DNA of 63,897 bases, filler included, from Rhizaria sp. SCN 62-66 (Eukaryota): NCBI GenBank assembly GCA_001724265.1. It is 3 parts of 3 records of this genome, joined end to end, with 100 filler letters (N's around TTAATTAATTAA, not from the genome) between each part and the next. Parts side by side here need not be neighbours in the genome. Positions count along the whole stretch, not along the records: positions 1 to 26,089 come from MEDY01000412.1; 2 more parts are not named here. One strand, written 5' to 3'. The position numbers and the translations under genes were made by a program. Within the stretch, counting starts at the first letter, position 1. Each line of letters opens with the position of its first letter. Below the pieces are notes generated by a model. It worked only from the letters and a program-made list of their open reading frames with translations. It was not told the DNA's origin and did not search any database. Below are positions 1 to 13,249 of the stretch, one piece after another.

Positions 1-1
1 T

Positions 2-2419
2 GCTGATCACGTACGGGTCGTTGGTGGACACACGTGAAGCTTCGTTAGCAAACACAACACGCATGTTGGAAATAGTGCAGTAGATCATCGATTCAACAGC
101 CGTGTACTGAGTGACAGTGATTGTAATCTTGTTGCTTGCCGCAGAAATCGTGCATTCGCCGCTTGTGCGTGTGGCTGATGAAAAGTCAAATGAAGTCAGA
201 GCCGTGGTTAGAACAAGCTGTGAGCCAATGGAAAGTATTTCGCCAGCTTCAATTTTAAATGTGCCGGCAAACGTAGAGACAACCTGTGTGAAGTCACCTG
301 ATACAGGTGTCAACACAAGAGAGCTTGGAGTGTAACTATATGTCATCGAGTGCATCTTGGCTATGATAGGCGCCGCCAGCGATGTCGCCACAGTCACAGG
401 GTTGCCCGTGGTAGCTTGTGAAGTCAGATGAATCATGAGACAATAGCCGGGAATCGACGGATTCGCAATACCTAGCGGGGAAAGTACATTAGTAATGTTT
501 AGCTGGACCTTGCCTGAGCCAAGAGTGGCACTGGCGGAGCAGGAAAACACGAAGCGCGTTGTGGCAGCCGAAACTGTTGAACAGCCCGAGTTAGTAATTG
601 CAGAGCTTGCTGAGAAGAGTACGGGCGAGCTGTCGCAGAAGCGAATCGTACCCCGCACGCCGTCAACAATGCTAAAAAGAGACTCGACGCCAGCACTATA
701 CCAAGTAGTAAATGCGGTAGTGAGTATATGATTTGAGCCCGATGTGCCGGTACGGAGAAACCCCTCAACAGTGAGCTCCAGCTGTGCAGGCGTATAGATA
801 CGCGTGTTACCAGCGTAGTTACCACATCCGTAGAAATGCCATTCTTGATAGCCATTATAGGTATAGTAAGCCCCTGGCCTTGCAGAAACTGATAGTGTAG
901 TTGCAGCATAAGCAGTCAGTGTACTGACTGCCGTCGCAAGAAAGCGCAGGGTGATGGGGTTTGCGGCGTTATGATTGAATATATGGTAGCCAAGATTTAC
1001 GCGGAATACATATTCAGTGTTAGATCGTTTCTGTCGAAGTGCTATAGAATAAATAGTTGCTTCGTTTGCCTCCGTAAAAGGAGCAGAGAATGGGATTAAG
1101 GTATGGCCAACAGCAATATAACTCAAATCCGTTACAATAGCTCCAAGGCCTGACGTAATATCAATCTCAATATCAACAATAGAAGGACTAAATACAGAGC
1201 CATAGTAAGAACTATAACTTTCTTTCGTTGCAGAAAGTGTGCGAGCGATAAAATTGCGGAAGCTCAATTCTAGAATAAAAGATGTCTCTGTTCCTGATCG
1301 CGGTGACGCAAGGCTACTTAGAGAAACACTGACCACGTAGGGATCAAACTGCGTCAGGCCACTTGGGGACATCACATATCCTCCTATGGAGTACGTTGGC
1401 ACGGTTGATGAGCCATGATGGGCGACGGTTCGACCGTCGGAGTTACAACCAGGTTTGCGCAGCGTCGCTGATGACGAATAGCCAGGAAGCATTGGGATCC
1501 ACATTTTTTCCGTATGATACTGTGTTGCGGGGCACGTTGAGAACAGAAACCCTGCAGCGTACTCACCGTAACACATATATCCGTCACACTCCTCCTCCTT
1601 ATACACTTTTGCACTCTGGCAAGGGGAATCTATAACATAAGCAGTTATAGGTTCAATATAACTATAAGAATACATCCCCACATACACCAAAAAGCTCGCA
1701 CACGTGGTACATGCCACCGATATTTGATTTTCTGCGAGATAATATATATAATCATAAATCGTTGTCTTGCCAGCTAGCATGAACTCAATCGAGACGATAA
1801 CGCGCACGCCCGTGACATAGCCCCCTTTAGCTGCTTGAGAACTAAAGCTTTGAAGCTGCTTCTGACGTTGCTGCTGTTGCATGTGTAGTGCTGTAGAAGT
1901 ATATCCCAACTCTGTGGCGGTGCGACTGCTGCGATTGTTGACACCTCCCTTGGCGCGCAACTAGTTTCGGTCGGCACGCTTTGAGTGCGAGGAGGCGGCG
2001 TGCTGAGCACGCTGAGCGATCGCTTGCTCAGGAGTATCTAGATACTCACCTGGTTTATAGTTGAACAACATGCTGTCGAACAATTTATCCGTTGCATATG
2101 CAAGTCGACGTTGCAGGTTTGGCGGCAAGCGCGCCGGGTTCTCGTAAAGAATTTCGCGCAGTGTTAAGTTGCTCGTGAGCCTATCTACGAAACGCATGTA
2201 TGCCTCAGCGCGCTCCGTCGAGTCAATTCGACTCTGCACGGGACGCGGAAACGCAGCAAGAGGTGCCCCTTGCAAGTCATGAGGACTATCACTTCTGCGA
2301 GCGTTTGGTTGTGAGTCAACTGTTGTTGGGAAGAATTCCGATGTCGCGATTTTAGCGTTCACCAGAAGCAGGAGAGCGAGAGCGAACAATGCGGCCAGAG
2401 CGCCGGTGCGCACACCCAT
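2..2419 (-). CDS. Large secreted/surface protein, 3' end runs off the window; one in-frame TAG at 1961-1963
   Basis: Starts with signal-peptide-like MGVRTGALAALFALALLLLVNA. Hand translation shows the same frame stays open for 653 codons after the TAG (LRAKGG...FDPYVVSVSL...STNDPYVIS) to the window edge; the ORF track misses this part. Ser/Thr/Tyr/Cys-rich, extracellular-like composition. Confidence 0.75.
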
Positions 2420-3090
2420 TACGTCAAAACACTATTGTCAAGTTAATTAAGAAGGAAAACAATGTCCAGAGTTTAATGGGAGTGATTGGCTAAATGTGCA
2501 TCAGGTCAGAGACGGGACAGAAATGTTGATTTGAGACAAGGCAATGGAGGCGGTTGGCGAACGTGAAAAGCAAGTAACATGTTTGAAGAGATGAAGAAGA
2601 GAAACAGGTAATGTGAGGTGACAACATAATTTCTAACATAAATAACTTTTGTTAAGCATTAAAAAACACTGATAAGAATGGTTAAAAATTTGCCTATGAA
2701 AGCAAAATAGTGGGCTTGGATGCTCCGACCACGCTGCTCTGGTTGAGTGTGCAGCATAAGAAAATGAACATAATTTACAAGGCTTCTGTTCAGTTACAAG
2801 GAAAAGATAAGCAATAAAATTAGCGTGGTGAAATGAATAACATATTGGATATACAAATAGCCATGTGCTGATCTCTAAAAATGATTCTCCCCTTTCAATA
2901 CCAAGGAGCAGTGTAAGAAAAATAAAGTTGCACACAGCACGGGTGACATAGGAGAGTCGGCCCCGCTACTAATGAACATGTCCGGTCAGCGACCGCGAAA
3001 CCGCGCCCAAAAAATACGAACACGCACCTTCGCGCCCCTGCTCCTTTCCACCTTCTTCCTTCCTTGCGTCTCTCTTCCGTTCTCTCCCAG

Positions 3091-5466
3091 ATGCGTCTCT
3101 CCGTCCGCATCCTCTGCACAGCAGCTACGGCTCTGATATTTTCTTTTGCCCCGCAGCTGGCGCTTTCTGCCGAGCCGGAGTCTTTTGTTGTCCCCAGTAC
3201 GTACCCTGCCAACGTCGTCTCTGACGCTTCCCCGCTCGAGTTCCGCGCCATTATCGCTTCCACCGTCCCTTTCGACGCCAACAAGCCCCACGGTTTGACG
3301 ATCTGCGACATCGCCGTCGCCGCCGAGGACACTACCATCACCCCTGCATACGTCCACGCTTCTCTCTCTCAGTACGCCTTCTCTGGAGATGCCGACAACT
3401 GCACTGCTACTCTGACCCAAGACGGCGCTGTCCTCGCTCAGCTCGGCTCCGTCACCTTCACCAACGACTACCCCATCACTTCCGTTACCCAGTTCTTCCC
3501 TACTTTCTACGACGCACGCGCCACCACCGCTGTCACTCGTTTTGTCGCCACTGGCGCTGGGTTCGAGACTGTTTCCAAGGTCGTCGTCTCTACACAGCCC
3601 TCTGAGCTCTCCCTTCTCGCTCCCCGCGAGTCGCTCCACCCCACGCTATTCGCGCTCGCTACCGCGGACACCGCCGCTGACTGCACCAACCCTATTGTCA
3701 CTGCCACCACCATCACGTGCACGCTCCCCACCTTCCCCGCCCACGCCACGGTCCCCCGTCTGCTCACGGTTGCTTACCAGAACGCTGCCGGCGACATTCT
3801 CTACGAGCACTCCCTCGAGGCCACGCCAGCGGACGCCCCTGTGGACTACGCGCCCTCCGCTGTGGCGCCTGCGACTCTCCAGCTCGGCGTCCCGACAAAG
3901 CTCACGGTCACCTTCCCAGCCCCCGTCCCAGTCTCGTACCCGTGGTCTGCTGTTCTTATCGACGCTGTAACTAACGCACCTGTCCCCGGCGCCGTCGTCG
4001 CGGCCGCCACGTTTGCCGCGGACCGCAAGAGCGCTGTCGTTGAGGTCACCGCGCCTCTGGACGCCTCGCTTGATCACAAGTTCGTGCTTTCCCTCGGTCA
4101 GGTCGCGCGTGTGCCTGCGTCCACGACGTATTCGTACATTGATGAGAACGATCAGGAGGTGTTTTTCACCAATGCGTATTCCAACGCCGAGCAGACGGTT
4201 TTCAACGCTGCTGCTGTTGCGCACAGCAAGTTCGAGCTCACTCCTCTCAAGGCTCCTGTTCTGATTGGGGACGTTTTCCCCGGTTTTATCCACGCGAAGA
4301 CTCTTAAGGAGGTGCACGCTCACGTGCAGATCAACTTCAAGTCCGGTGTCTTCCCCCAGGGTGGCGGTGTGACCGTGAACGGCGTATTCGCCGCTGTCGT
4401 CTCTGCTTCCCCGCTCATTATCGACCTCCGCGATGCTAAGCTCGCGGTCGGCGACGTGACCATCGCTATTCTTGACTCTTTGCGCGACGATGCTGTGACC
4501 GTGGCCATGCTGGGCAAGGCTTTCACCGTGTACGGCAGCGCTGAGGATGATGTGTTCTTTGTCCACGACTACTCCGTCGTCCCAATCGCCGCCGCCGGCC
4601 CTCCCGGGGAGAAGCCTAGTATGGAGTTCCTCTTTGCCAACCCCAAGAAGCTTGCCGTGACAGTGGACGTTGAGGACAAGACTGGTCTCACCCCCGAGGC
4701 AGTGATGCACGTTGCTGGCGTCACCCACGCTGTCGTGCCTTTCGAGGGCGCTGCTGCGAAGATGTTCAAATCTGTGAATCTTAAGTTCCATGTCGGCACT
4801 GTTGAGCTCCCTATGCGTCTGCAGTTTGTTCCTCAGCCTGTCCCCAAGTCTGTGACTCCCGCCAAGATTGACCTCAAGGTACGATATCCTTGAATTCGCT
4901 ATTATATTTCAACACTCAACTAAATTAAGTTCATTTCTATATTTTCTTTGTCTTTTTACTACATTCTTTTTCTTCTGCATTCACTTTATTTATCTTAAAC
5001 TCACCTTTTCATTTTTTGTTTGTTTTTCTTTGCGTTCTTGCAGACCACCACGAAGGCCACCAAGGTGACCGTGTTCCTGGGCAACGACTACACCGGCACC
5101 CTCCCTCTCTCCCTTAAGGTCGCTGACTCCGCAGCCAAGGTCACAGACTCCGTCTACACCGCAGCCACCCACTCTGTCACTGCCAACGTCGACTGCACCA
5201 AGTGCTCTGTAGGCTCCAAGCTCCTCGACGTCGACTTCCCTTACGCTGACGGCTCGCAGAGCGCTTCTATCGTGCTTTCCGTCGTCGACACCAGCTCCAA
5301 GGACGACGGCGGCTCTGACGCCTGGTACTGGGTGCTCGCTATCGTCCTCATTGCGGGCGCTGGCGCGGCGGCGTTCTTCGGGTACCGCTTCTATAAGCGC
5401 CGTCAGACCCGTAACGCCATGCTCACGCAGTCCCTTAACGACTCTTCGCCCTACCGCATGCTCTAA
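3091..5466 (+). CDS. Type I membrane/cell-surface protein, about 736 aa
   Basis: Exons 3091-4878 and 5044-5466 (intron GTACGA...TTGCAG, phase 0). Hydrophobic N-terminus, Thr/Ala/Val/Pro-rich ectodomain, single TM (WYWVLAIVLIAGAGAAAFFGY) followed by RFYKRR, TAA stop, strong C-ending codon bias. Confidence 0.85.
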
Positions 5467-5905
5467 GCAACGCGGTGGTGTGTCGCTTTCTTAGCGCATA
5501 GGCGTTGTGTAGAAGCTAAGTAGCGTATTATATTTTTGCTTGTTGTTTTTGTTGCCTTTTTTTTTTTTTCCGTCTGCGGGCGTGCAAAGCAAGGTGACCA
5601 CCAGAGGCCGGTGACGCCAGTATCAGACCGATTGCCATATCATGTTAAGCTGATGTAGTAAAACAATTGTTTATTTCTTCGACAACAAGCTTGTCGTGGG
5701 GTTCGTTCAGTCATAGGATAATTCACATTCGAAGCTCGTCAACTGCTTCATACATACTATTTAGGATTTTGCATATCTAGAACCATAACCATTCTCTTAA
5801 GCTTAACTAATCACATGCGTGCGACATCAACCTATACATTACCCTGCACGTATTCGAAGCTTACATCAATATTTGCATCGGTCGCAACAACAAGTCACAA
5901 GTAAG

Positions 5906-5950
5906 AAACATTTCTCGCGCAAACATTTCTCGCGCAAACATTTCTCGCGC
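5906..5950. repeat. 15-bp tandem triplication (AAACATTTCTCGCGC)x3
   Basis: Three exact copies just downstream of the RhoGEF stop, between convergent genes. Confidence 0.95.
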
Positions 5951-6013
5951 ATACTTTTCAGAAATCACCCGCTCATCAGCTTAAGCTTACTAAAAAAAGT
6001 ATGCTTCGACTGT

Positions 6014-6409
6014 TCAGAAAATATCCCCCGCCAACGCGACATCAGCACTTGCCTTGTCATTACCATTGCCCCTGTTAGCGCCCTCCTGCCCCTGTCCCTG
6101 CCCTTGGCCCTGCCCCTGCTGCTCGCTCTCTGGCTCGGCATCGGTGTGCGTCGCGGGCACGGTCACCACCGAGGCCCTAAACGACGGCGGCAGCGGCGGC
6201 GGCTGCGTCGTCGACACGCGCTTGCCCCCGCTGCCATCCGCAGCGGTGGCTGGAGCCGCGGCCGGAGCCGTGGCCGTGGCCGTGGCCGTGGCCGCGGTGA
6301 CCAGAGCGGCGAGCGCCTGCGGCGGCAGCGGCGGCGGGCCCGTCTTGGACTCGCGTCGACTCGCACTCACGCCCGCGCCTGCATCTGCAGTCGCAACGGA
6401 GCCGGGGGC

Positions 6410-6440
<31 letters not shown>

Positions 6441-9404
6441 GAGGCGGTGGCGCGTACGGACTCGTTGACGGACAAGCGCGCGGACCGCAGCGTGAGGTGT
6501 TGCGCCAGCTCGCTCATCATCGGCAGCGGCACGGTCACAGCCCCGGCCCCAGCCCCGGCTCCGGCTCCGGCGGCGGGGACGGGCGCGCCTGCGACGGCGA
6601 CGGCCGCATTGGTCGACAGACTGGCACCGCGCGCGCGCGCCGCAGCCGCCGCGTCGCCGGTGAGCGCGCTGTTGCTGTGCTTGAGCCTAAGCTTCGCGGC
6701 GGCGTCGGCGCGGTCGTCAAGCGCCCGGCGCGCCCGCTCGTGGTCGGCCGCCGCGGCGCGCAGTCCGACGCTGGCGCGGCGGTAGCACGCGGGACACAGG
6801 CACGCCGGCAGCGGGTCGGGCAGACTAACTCCGCCGCCGCCGCCGCCGCTGAGGCCGCCGCCGAGGCCGAGCTGCTGCTGGGGCTGGGCAGCCGCCGCCG
6901 CCGCGGTGGCCGCGGCCAGCACCGAGAAGGGGTTCCCGGCGGCAGAGCCGCTGCCGCTGCCTGCGGCGGTGCCGAGGACGCGGACGAGCTGCGCGAGCCC
7001 TGGCTGCGGCGAGAAGGCGAAGGCCGCGCCCGAGCCCAGACCCTGCGCGAGCACCGAGAGGCGCTGGAAGTGCTGCACGGCCGGCAGCGGCGACCACGCC
7101 GGGTCGGGCGCGGGCAGCCCCAGCAGGGCGGCCCACGCGGCCGGAGAGAGCGCGCCCGCGCCGGGGGTCGCGGGCAGCGCCAGCGCGGCGATGAACGCGG
7201 GCGCCGTCGACGCGGGGTCGCTCAGCACGAGCGCGTCGCCGCTGCTCGCAGTAAGCCCGCCGACGGCGCTCCAGCTGCCGCCGCTGCCGGCGGCGTCGTC
7301 GTCGCCCGCGGCGGCGCCCGGCGCGCTGTTGTTGCGGCGCATGGCGGCGGCGGCCTGCAGCATGGGCTCCATGCCCAGCGCGACGGCGCTGCACACGCCG
7401 CCGCCGCCGCTGCCGCAGTCGCGGCCGAGCGCGCGCAGCACGCCGCCCGCCACGACCGTGGGCTCCCCGGCCGTGGCGTCGGCGGCGACCTGGGCAACAG
7501 TGGCGTCGCCGTCGCCGCCGTCGGCCGCGCCGGGCGCAGGGCCGGGCCCGTTGTGGGCCGCGTCGAGCCCGCACGCGGCGGAGAAGGCGGCGGCCGCAAC
7601 GGCGAGCGCGGGCGGCGCGCCGCAGGCGCAGCCGTCGCAGAGCAGCGTGTCGCAACCGGCGCAGAAGCCCTGCGGCACGACGGGCAGCAGCACGCGTGGC
7701 GCGTCGGGCACGGGCGCGAAGGCGGGGGCCTCGGCGCCCGCGCTGGCGAGCGTCAGGCTCGCGCTGTGCGTCATCACGCCCGTCCCACCGAAGCCGCCGA
7801 CGCCGAAGCCGGCGGTGGAGGCGCCGACGGTGCCTCCGTGGGGCAGCGCGCGGAGAGAGCCCGAGAGCGGCGACGAGGGCACCGAGTGCGACACCACCAG
7901 CTCGCCGGCGGTACCCATGGAGGTACTCGTGAGTCCGCCGGCGCCGCCGCCGTGGGGGATGGGGACGCCCTGGACGAAGGGCAGGTAGAGCGGGCGCGCG
8001 CACCGGGAGCAGCCCAGCACTGGCGGCGCCGCGGCCGCCACGGGCGCGGGCGCGGGCACGAGTAGCGCGGCCGCTGCGGCGCCGCCCGCCGCGCCCGCGG
8101 CCGAGCCCACGACGCGGACGGAGCCGCCCGCGCCGGCGCCCGCGGGCGAGGGCGGCACGGTCAGCGGGCCGCGCAGCGTCGCGAAGACGCCCGGGCCCGC
8201 GCCGGCGCCCAGCTGCTGCTTTTGCGGCGATGGCGACGACAGCATCGCCGCGCTGCCGTGGCCGTGGCCGGCGGCGGAGGAGCCGTCGCGGCGCGCGGCC
8301 GCGGTGAGCGCGATGGCGGCCGCCTGCTGCGCCACCGAGGCCAGGAACGCGTTCGCGCCGACACCGCCAGCGCCAGCAGCGCCAGCGCCAGCAGAGCCCG
8401 TAGGGCCGCCAACGGCCGCGACGCTGCCTCTGGGCATCTTGCCGCCCGCGGCACCGCCCGCGGCCAGGACGGCGTTGAGAGGCCCCGCGGTGGCGAACTT
8501 GCCGGGGCCGCCCGCGAAGCTGCCGCGCGCGCCGGGGAGCGAGCCCACGAGCGCGGCCGCAGCGGGGTGCGGGTAGATGGGCTTCCCGTCCGCGCTGCCG
8601 CTCGTGGCGCTGCTGCTGGCGGGGGCGGCGGCGAGCGCCTGGGGCAGGAGCGTGACGAAGGGCATCGCGGCGGCGGCGGGCGGTGTGGCGGCGGCGACGG
8701 CGGCGAGGATGTCGCGCAGCCAAGCCGCCTTGGCCTTAGGCGAGTCGGCCGTGACGAGGAACGAGCCCTCGGGGTGCGAAACGAAGATGCGGTTGCGCAG
8801 CAGGCGCGCAGCGGGCGAGTCCTTGCGCACCGCGGCCAGCAGCCGCTGCGCGTACCAAACGAGCGCCTCGCGCAGCGGCGCAGCGGCCAACACGCCGGTC
8901 ACGCCCGCGGCGACCGCGCTCACGTCGGCAGAGGGGCCGCTCTTGCTTACGCTGGCGCTGGCACTGGTACTTGCGCCCGCCGCACCGTCGCCGTCCTTCT
9001 TGTCCCTCTGCTGCTGGAGCGCGGCGACGAGCTGCGCGCGCGCCCGCTCGTTGACGGCCAGCGCGGCGGCGGCGGCGGCGAGCGCGGCGACACCCCAGGG
9101 GTCGCGGTCGGGCACATCGTGCACCGTCATGCCCGCCAGCGGCAGCCGGTAGACCTCCTTCTTGCGGTAGCGCACCTTGTTCTCGAAGCAGTGCGTTAGT
9201 CCCGCGTGCGTGTTGTAGCTCTCCTTGTCGGCCGCGCCGCCGCTGCCGCTGCTCAGCGCGGCGGCGGCGTCGGGGCAGGCGGCGAGGAGCTGCTGCTGCA
9301 GCTGGGGCGCCACGGGCGGGGCCGCAAGCACGAACGGCGACAGGTCGCCGCACGTCGCGGCGCCCGCCAGCGCCGCCGTGGCCCCCGCGGAGGCAGTCAC
9401 CACT

Positions 9405-9435
<31 letters not shown>

Positions 9436-11490
9436 AGGCCGCGGGGTCCACGGGCTGGCCGCCCAGCGCCGCGGGCACGAGCGCGCGCTCTGCCTCGCCG
9501 TCCGCGCGGCCCGCGGCGGGCAGCGGCGCGCATGCGTGCACAAGCGGGTCCGTTGAGCCCGAGGGCAGCTTGGCCAGCAGCAGGCAGTCGGACAGCAGGA
9601 AGGCGTGCACGCGCACGGGCGCCTTGCCCGGCGCGGCCGTCGCGGCGGTGAAGGTCGTGCCCGCAGCAACCGCCAGCGCTGCCGCCGCCGCCGCCCCGCC
9701 GCCGCCGCCGCCGCCGTTGCTGCTGCCGGCACTGGCGCTAGAGAAGGCCGTGTTGGTCGACGTGGGCGACGCCGGCGAGCTCTCCCCGCCGCTGCCGCCG
9801 GCCTTGCTCTTGTCCTTCTTGCTGTTGCCACTCTTGGGCGTCCCCGGCACCGCGTTCGCGCCGCCACTGCCGCCGCTGCTACTGGGCGAGAGCGTGGCGT
9901 TGGCGGTGGCGCGCATGGCGGCGGCGAGCGCGCCGGGCGCCGTCATGACCTTGCCCTGGCGCGAGAGCACGAGCTCGCCCGCGCGGAAGACACGCTGCGC
10001 GGGCGTCACGAGGTCCTGGCCGGGCAGGATCGCGTCGGCGCGCAGCACCAGGTCGCGCTGCTCGCGCGCGCGGCCTGCGTCGTTGACCGTGGCGATCACG
10101 GCCAGCAGCGTGCTCAGCCCGGCCTGCAGCACTGAGTGGTCCGCCTTGTACGCCTCCAGCGCGCTCAGGCGGACGTCATTGCCGCGCGAGCCGGGCTTGG
10201 CACCAGCCGGGGGCTTGGAGCGAGGCTTGCGGGACCTAGCCTTAGCGTTATATTTGTTGTTGTTGCTGTTGTTGTGCTGGGGCGAGGTGGGGGGCGACGC
10301 CGGAGTGATGGTGAGAGTGGTCATCAGCTTCGCACCGACACTGTTACTGCTGCCGCTGCCGCTGCTGTCGCCACCGCTGGCGCGCTCGCTGGCGCCGCCG
10401 GCGCTGTGCTCGGGGTCGCTCTCGACGGCCCCGTCGTCGGCCTCGTCGTTCTCCCCGCCGTCACTACCGCCGTACTCGCCGTCGACGTCGCTCTCGTCGT
10501 CGTCGTCGTGAGAGGGGAAGTCGGCGTCGTCGTCGGAGCTTGCGCCCGCCGTCTCGTCCGCGGGCACCGCCGCGGTCGCCGCGGGTCCGTCGTGCAGCGC
10601 GTCGGCGCCGGCGGGCAGAGCGCGCGCCGAGAAGAGGCGCTGCTCCTCCTCCACGGCGGCCTCGCTCGGCGAGTGCTTGAGGATCTGCTCGATGAGCATC
10701 TGGTAGCGCGGCAGGCGCTGGATCGGCATGATAAGCAGAGAGCTCAGGTGCCGGCTCCGCGTCGCCTGGAACGCCACGAACGCGCTGCTCTTGGCCAGAC
10801 TGCGGGGAACGAACACAGAGAAGGGGTGTGAACAAAGAAACAAAGTTAGAATTGAAGAATAGAACTTTGTTTGAAGTATTTTAGTTGATTTAAATACATT
10901 GCAACACAATAAGCTATCATTTTAGAGTAAGTTCATGCCATATACACAAAGTTATTCTGGCGTACCGGTCGAGGAGCACAATGCCCTCCTTCTCGCGCAT
11001 CGACGCGAAGAGCCGGTAGACGCGAAAGTAGGGCGTAAACTCGGACATGAGGCGCCCGATCGACGGCGGCTGGATCCGCAGCAGCAGCGCGCGCACCGCC
11101 CGCACCGACGGCCGCCCGCGGGCCACCGCCGCGCGCGCGGCCGCAAGCTCCTCCGCCGTCGCCGTCGCAGTCGTCGTTGCCACCGCAGTCGGATCGCCGC
11201 TTTCAGCGGCAGCGGCCGCGGCAGTGTGGCCGGGGAGGGCGACGTCGTTGGGGTCGTTCTGCTGCAGCAGCGCGACCGCAGCGGCCCACGCCTGGTGGCG
11301 CGCCTGCATGCGCGCAAGCCGCGACAGCCGTCTGTCGAGCCGCGCGGCCCAGGCCCCCAGCACTTCCTCGAGGTCGGTGAGGAAGCGGACCGTCACGGCC
11401 AGCACCTGCGCCATGCATGTGCTCACCATCGCCACGTCGCGGAACGCGAAGCCGCGCTTGTCTTCGTGGACAAACGGCACCGCGGACGGC

Positions 11491-11533
<43 letters not shown>

Positions 11534-13217
11534 GCGTGGGGCGCGGGCCGTGGTTCTGGCGCGGCAGCGGCACGGGCGGCGCGCCCACCTCGTCGTACTC
11601 GCTGTAGCTGGCGATGCTGGCGCAGTATGAGCGCTCCGAGGTGAGCAGCTCGCGCACCAAGAACGCGCGCTGGCGCAGAGCCGATAGCCGAGCCGGCTGC
11701 AGCAGCGAGGCCACCACCTGGTCCGCGGTCACCGCGGTCAGCGGGCTCGGCACCGCAGTCGCAGCCGCCGTGCTGGCGGCGGCAGCGGCAGCGGCGGCGG
11801 CGGACTTGTTGCTGACCGGGGTGCTGGGGGTGTAGCTGGCGGGCAGCGGCGGGGGGCCGGCCGCGGGCTTCGACACAGCGCCTGCAGGAGCATTGCTATT
11901 AGGTGTGCTGTTGCTGCTGTTGGACGCGAACGAGGCTGCGCGCGTCTGCCTGCCGTCGCCGCCACTGTCACTGGTCGCCGCCGCGGCTGTGGCGGCCGAG
12001 GTCGCCGCCGAGGCTGCCGCGAGGTGCTCGAAGGCCCTCGCCGAGGCCGCGATGCCCTGCCCGCCGCGCTGCGCTGAGATCGCCAGTACCGACGCCCGCT
12101 GCGCGCGCTTCGCGGGCGCCGGCGCCGGAGCCGCAAAGGCCGCCGCCAGCGCCGCGGCGGATGGCAGCGGCGGCGGCAGCGCGGCGCCAGAGGCGGGCGG
12201 CAGAGGCGGCGGGCCTGAGGCTGAGGTTGAGACGAAGCCCGAGCCTGAGCTCGCAGCGGCGGCGGTGGCGGCGGCGAGCGCGGCGGGCGGCAGCGGCGGG
12301 GGCCCGATAAGAGACGGCCGTTGCGAATGCGATTGGTTGGAGACGGCGTAGCTGGCGGGCAAGGGCGGGGGCACCGCGACGCTGCCAGCGCGGGCGCGGG
12401 CCTCGCTACTGTCGGCGTCAGAAACAACGGCTGCATTGGCGCTGGCGCTGGCGCTGGCGAGCGACTCGTCCTCGTCCTCCTCGCGGAAAGCGGGCAGAGC
12501 CGGCGGCAGCCGCACGGCGGATACCACGAACGCGTCCTCTCCGTCCTCGTCCTCGGCCCGGGGGGCCTGGGGAGCCTCACCGCCGGGGAAAGAGTAGCCC
12601 GCGGGCAGCGGCGGGGGGCCGCCCCCGCCGCTGACGCTCAGGCGGGCAGCAGGGGCCGCTGCAGCAGGGGCCGCTGCGGCCGCGACCTCGGGCTCGGCGT
12701 CGAGCAGGTTGTCGACGTCGAACTGGACTGCAGACGCGGCCGCAGCGGCGGCGACGTTGCCGTTGTTGTTGCTGGCGTCGTTGCCTAAGACGGTCTGGGT
12801 AATGGTGTTGTTGTTTGAGAAGTCGCCGCTGTCGTCGCTGCTGTCGAGGTACATCTCACCACTCGCGTTCGCGCTCGCATTCACCGCAGTTGCAGAGCCG
12901 GAGCCGTCAGCGTCAGCGTCAGCTGCGCTCGCGCACGCGTCGACGCCGCTGTCAGCGTTCTCAGCGCCGCCAGCGTCAGCGCCGTCCGCGTCGTTGCGCG
13001 GGGTTGGGGGCGCGGGGGCCACGACGGGCGCCGCTAGCAGCGCCGCCGCCGCCGCCGCGCCCGAGCCGCCGCTGCCGCCGCCGCCACCGCCGCTGCCGCC
13101 GCCGCTCTGCGTGTGCGCGGGGGTGGGGGCGGGGGACGGCAGCGCGAAGAGCGCCGCGCTGCCAGTGTTGTGCGCACTGTGACCGCCGGCCTTCTTGCCC
13201 TTTTTGGCGCTGGCGGT

Positions 13218-13249
<32 letters not shown>

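Noticed and set aside
1961-1977. 17-nt GT...TAG micro-intron removing the first TAG (and an 11-nt one at 59057)
   Set aside because: Lengths are not multiples of three, so removal would break the long downstream frame.
5906-5950. Short direct repeats considered as CRISPR-like arrays or E2F sites
   Set aside because: No spacers, eukaryotic context, 3' location, and an imperfect match to TTTSSCGC.
10800-10965. ORF-track split of the RhoGEF into 1088-aa and 1631-aa genes
   Set aside because: An AT-rich GTACGC...CAG intron joins the two halves of one DH domain in frame.
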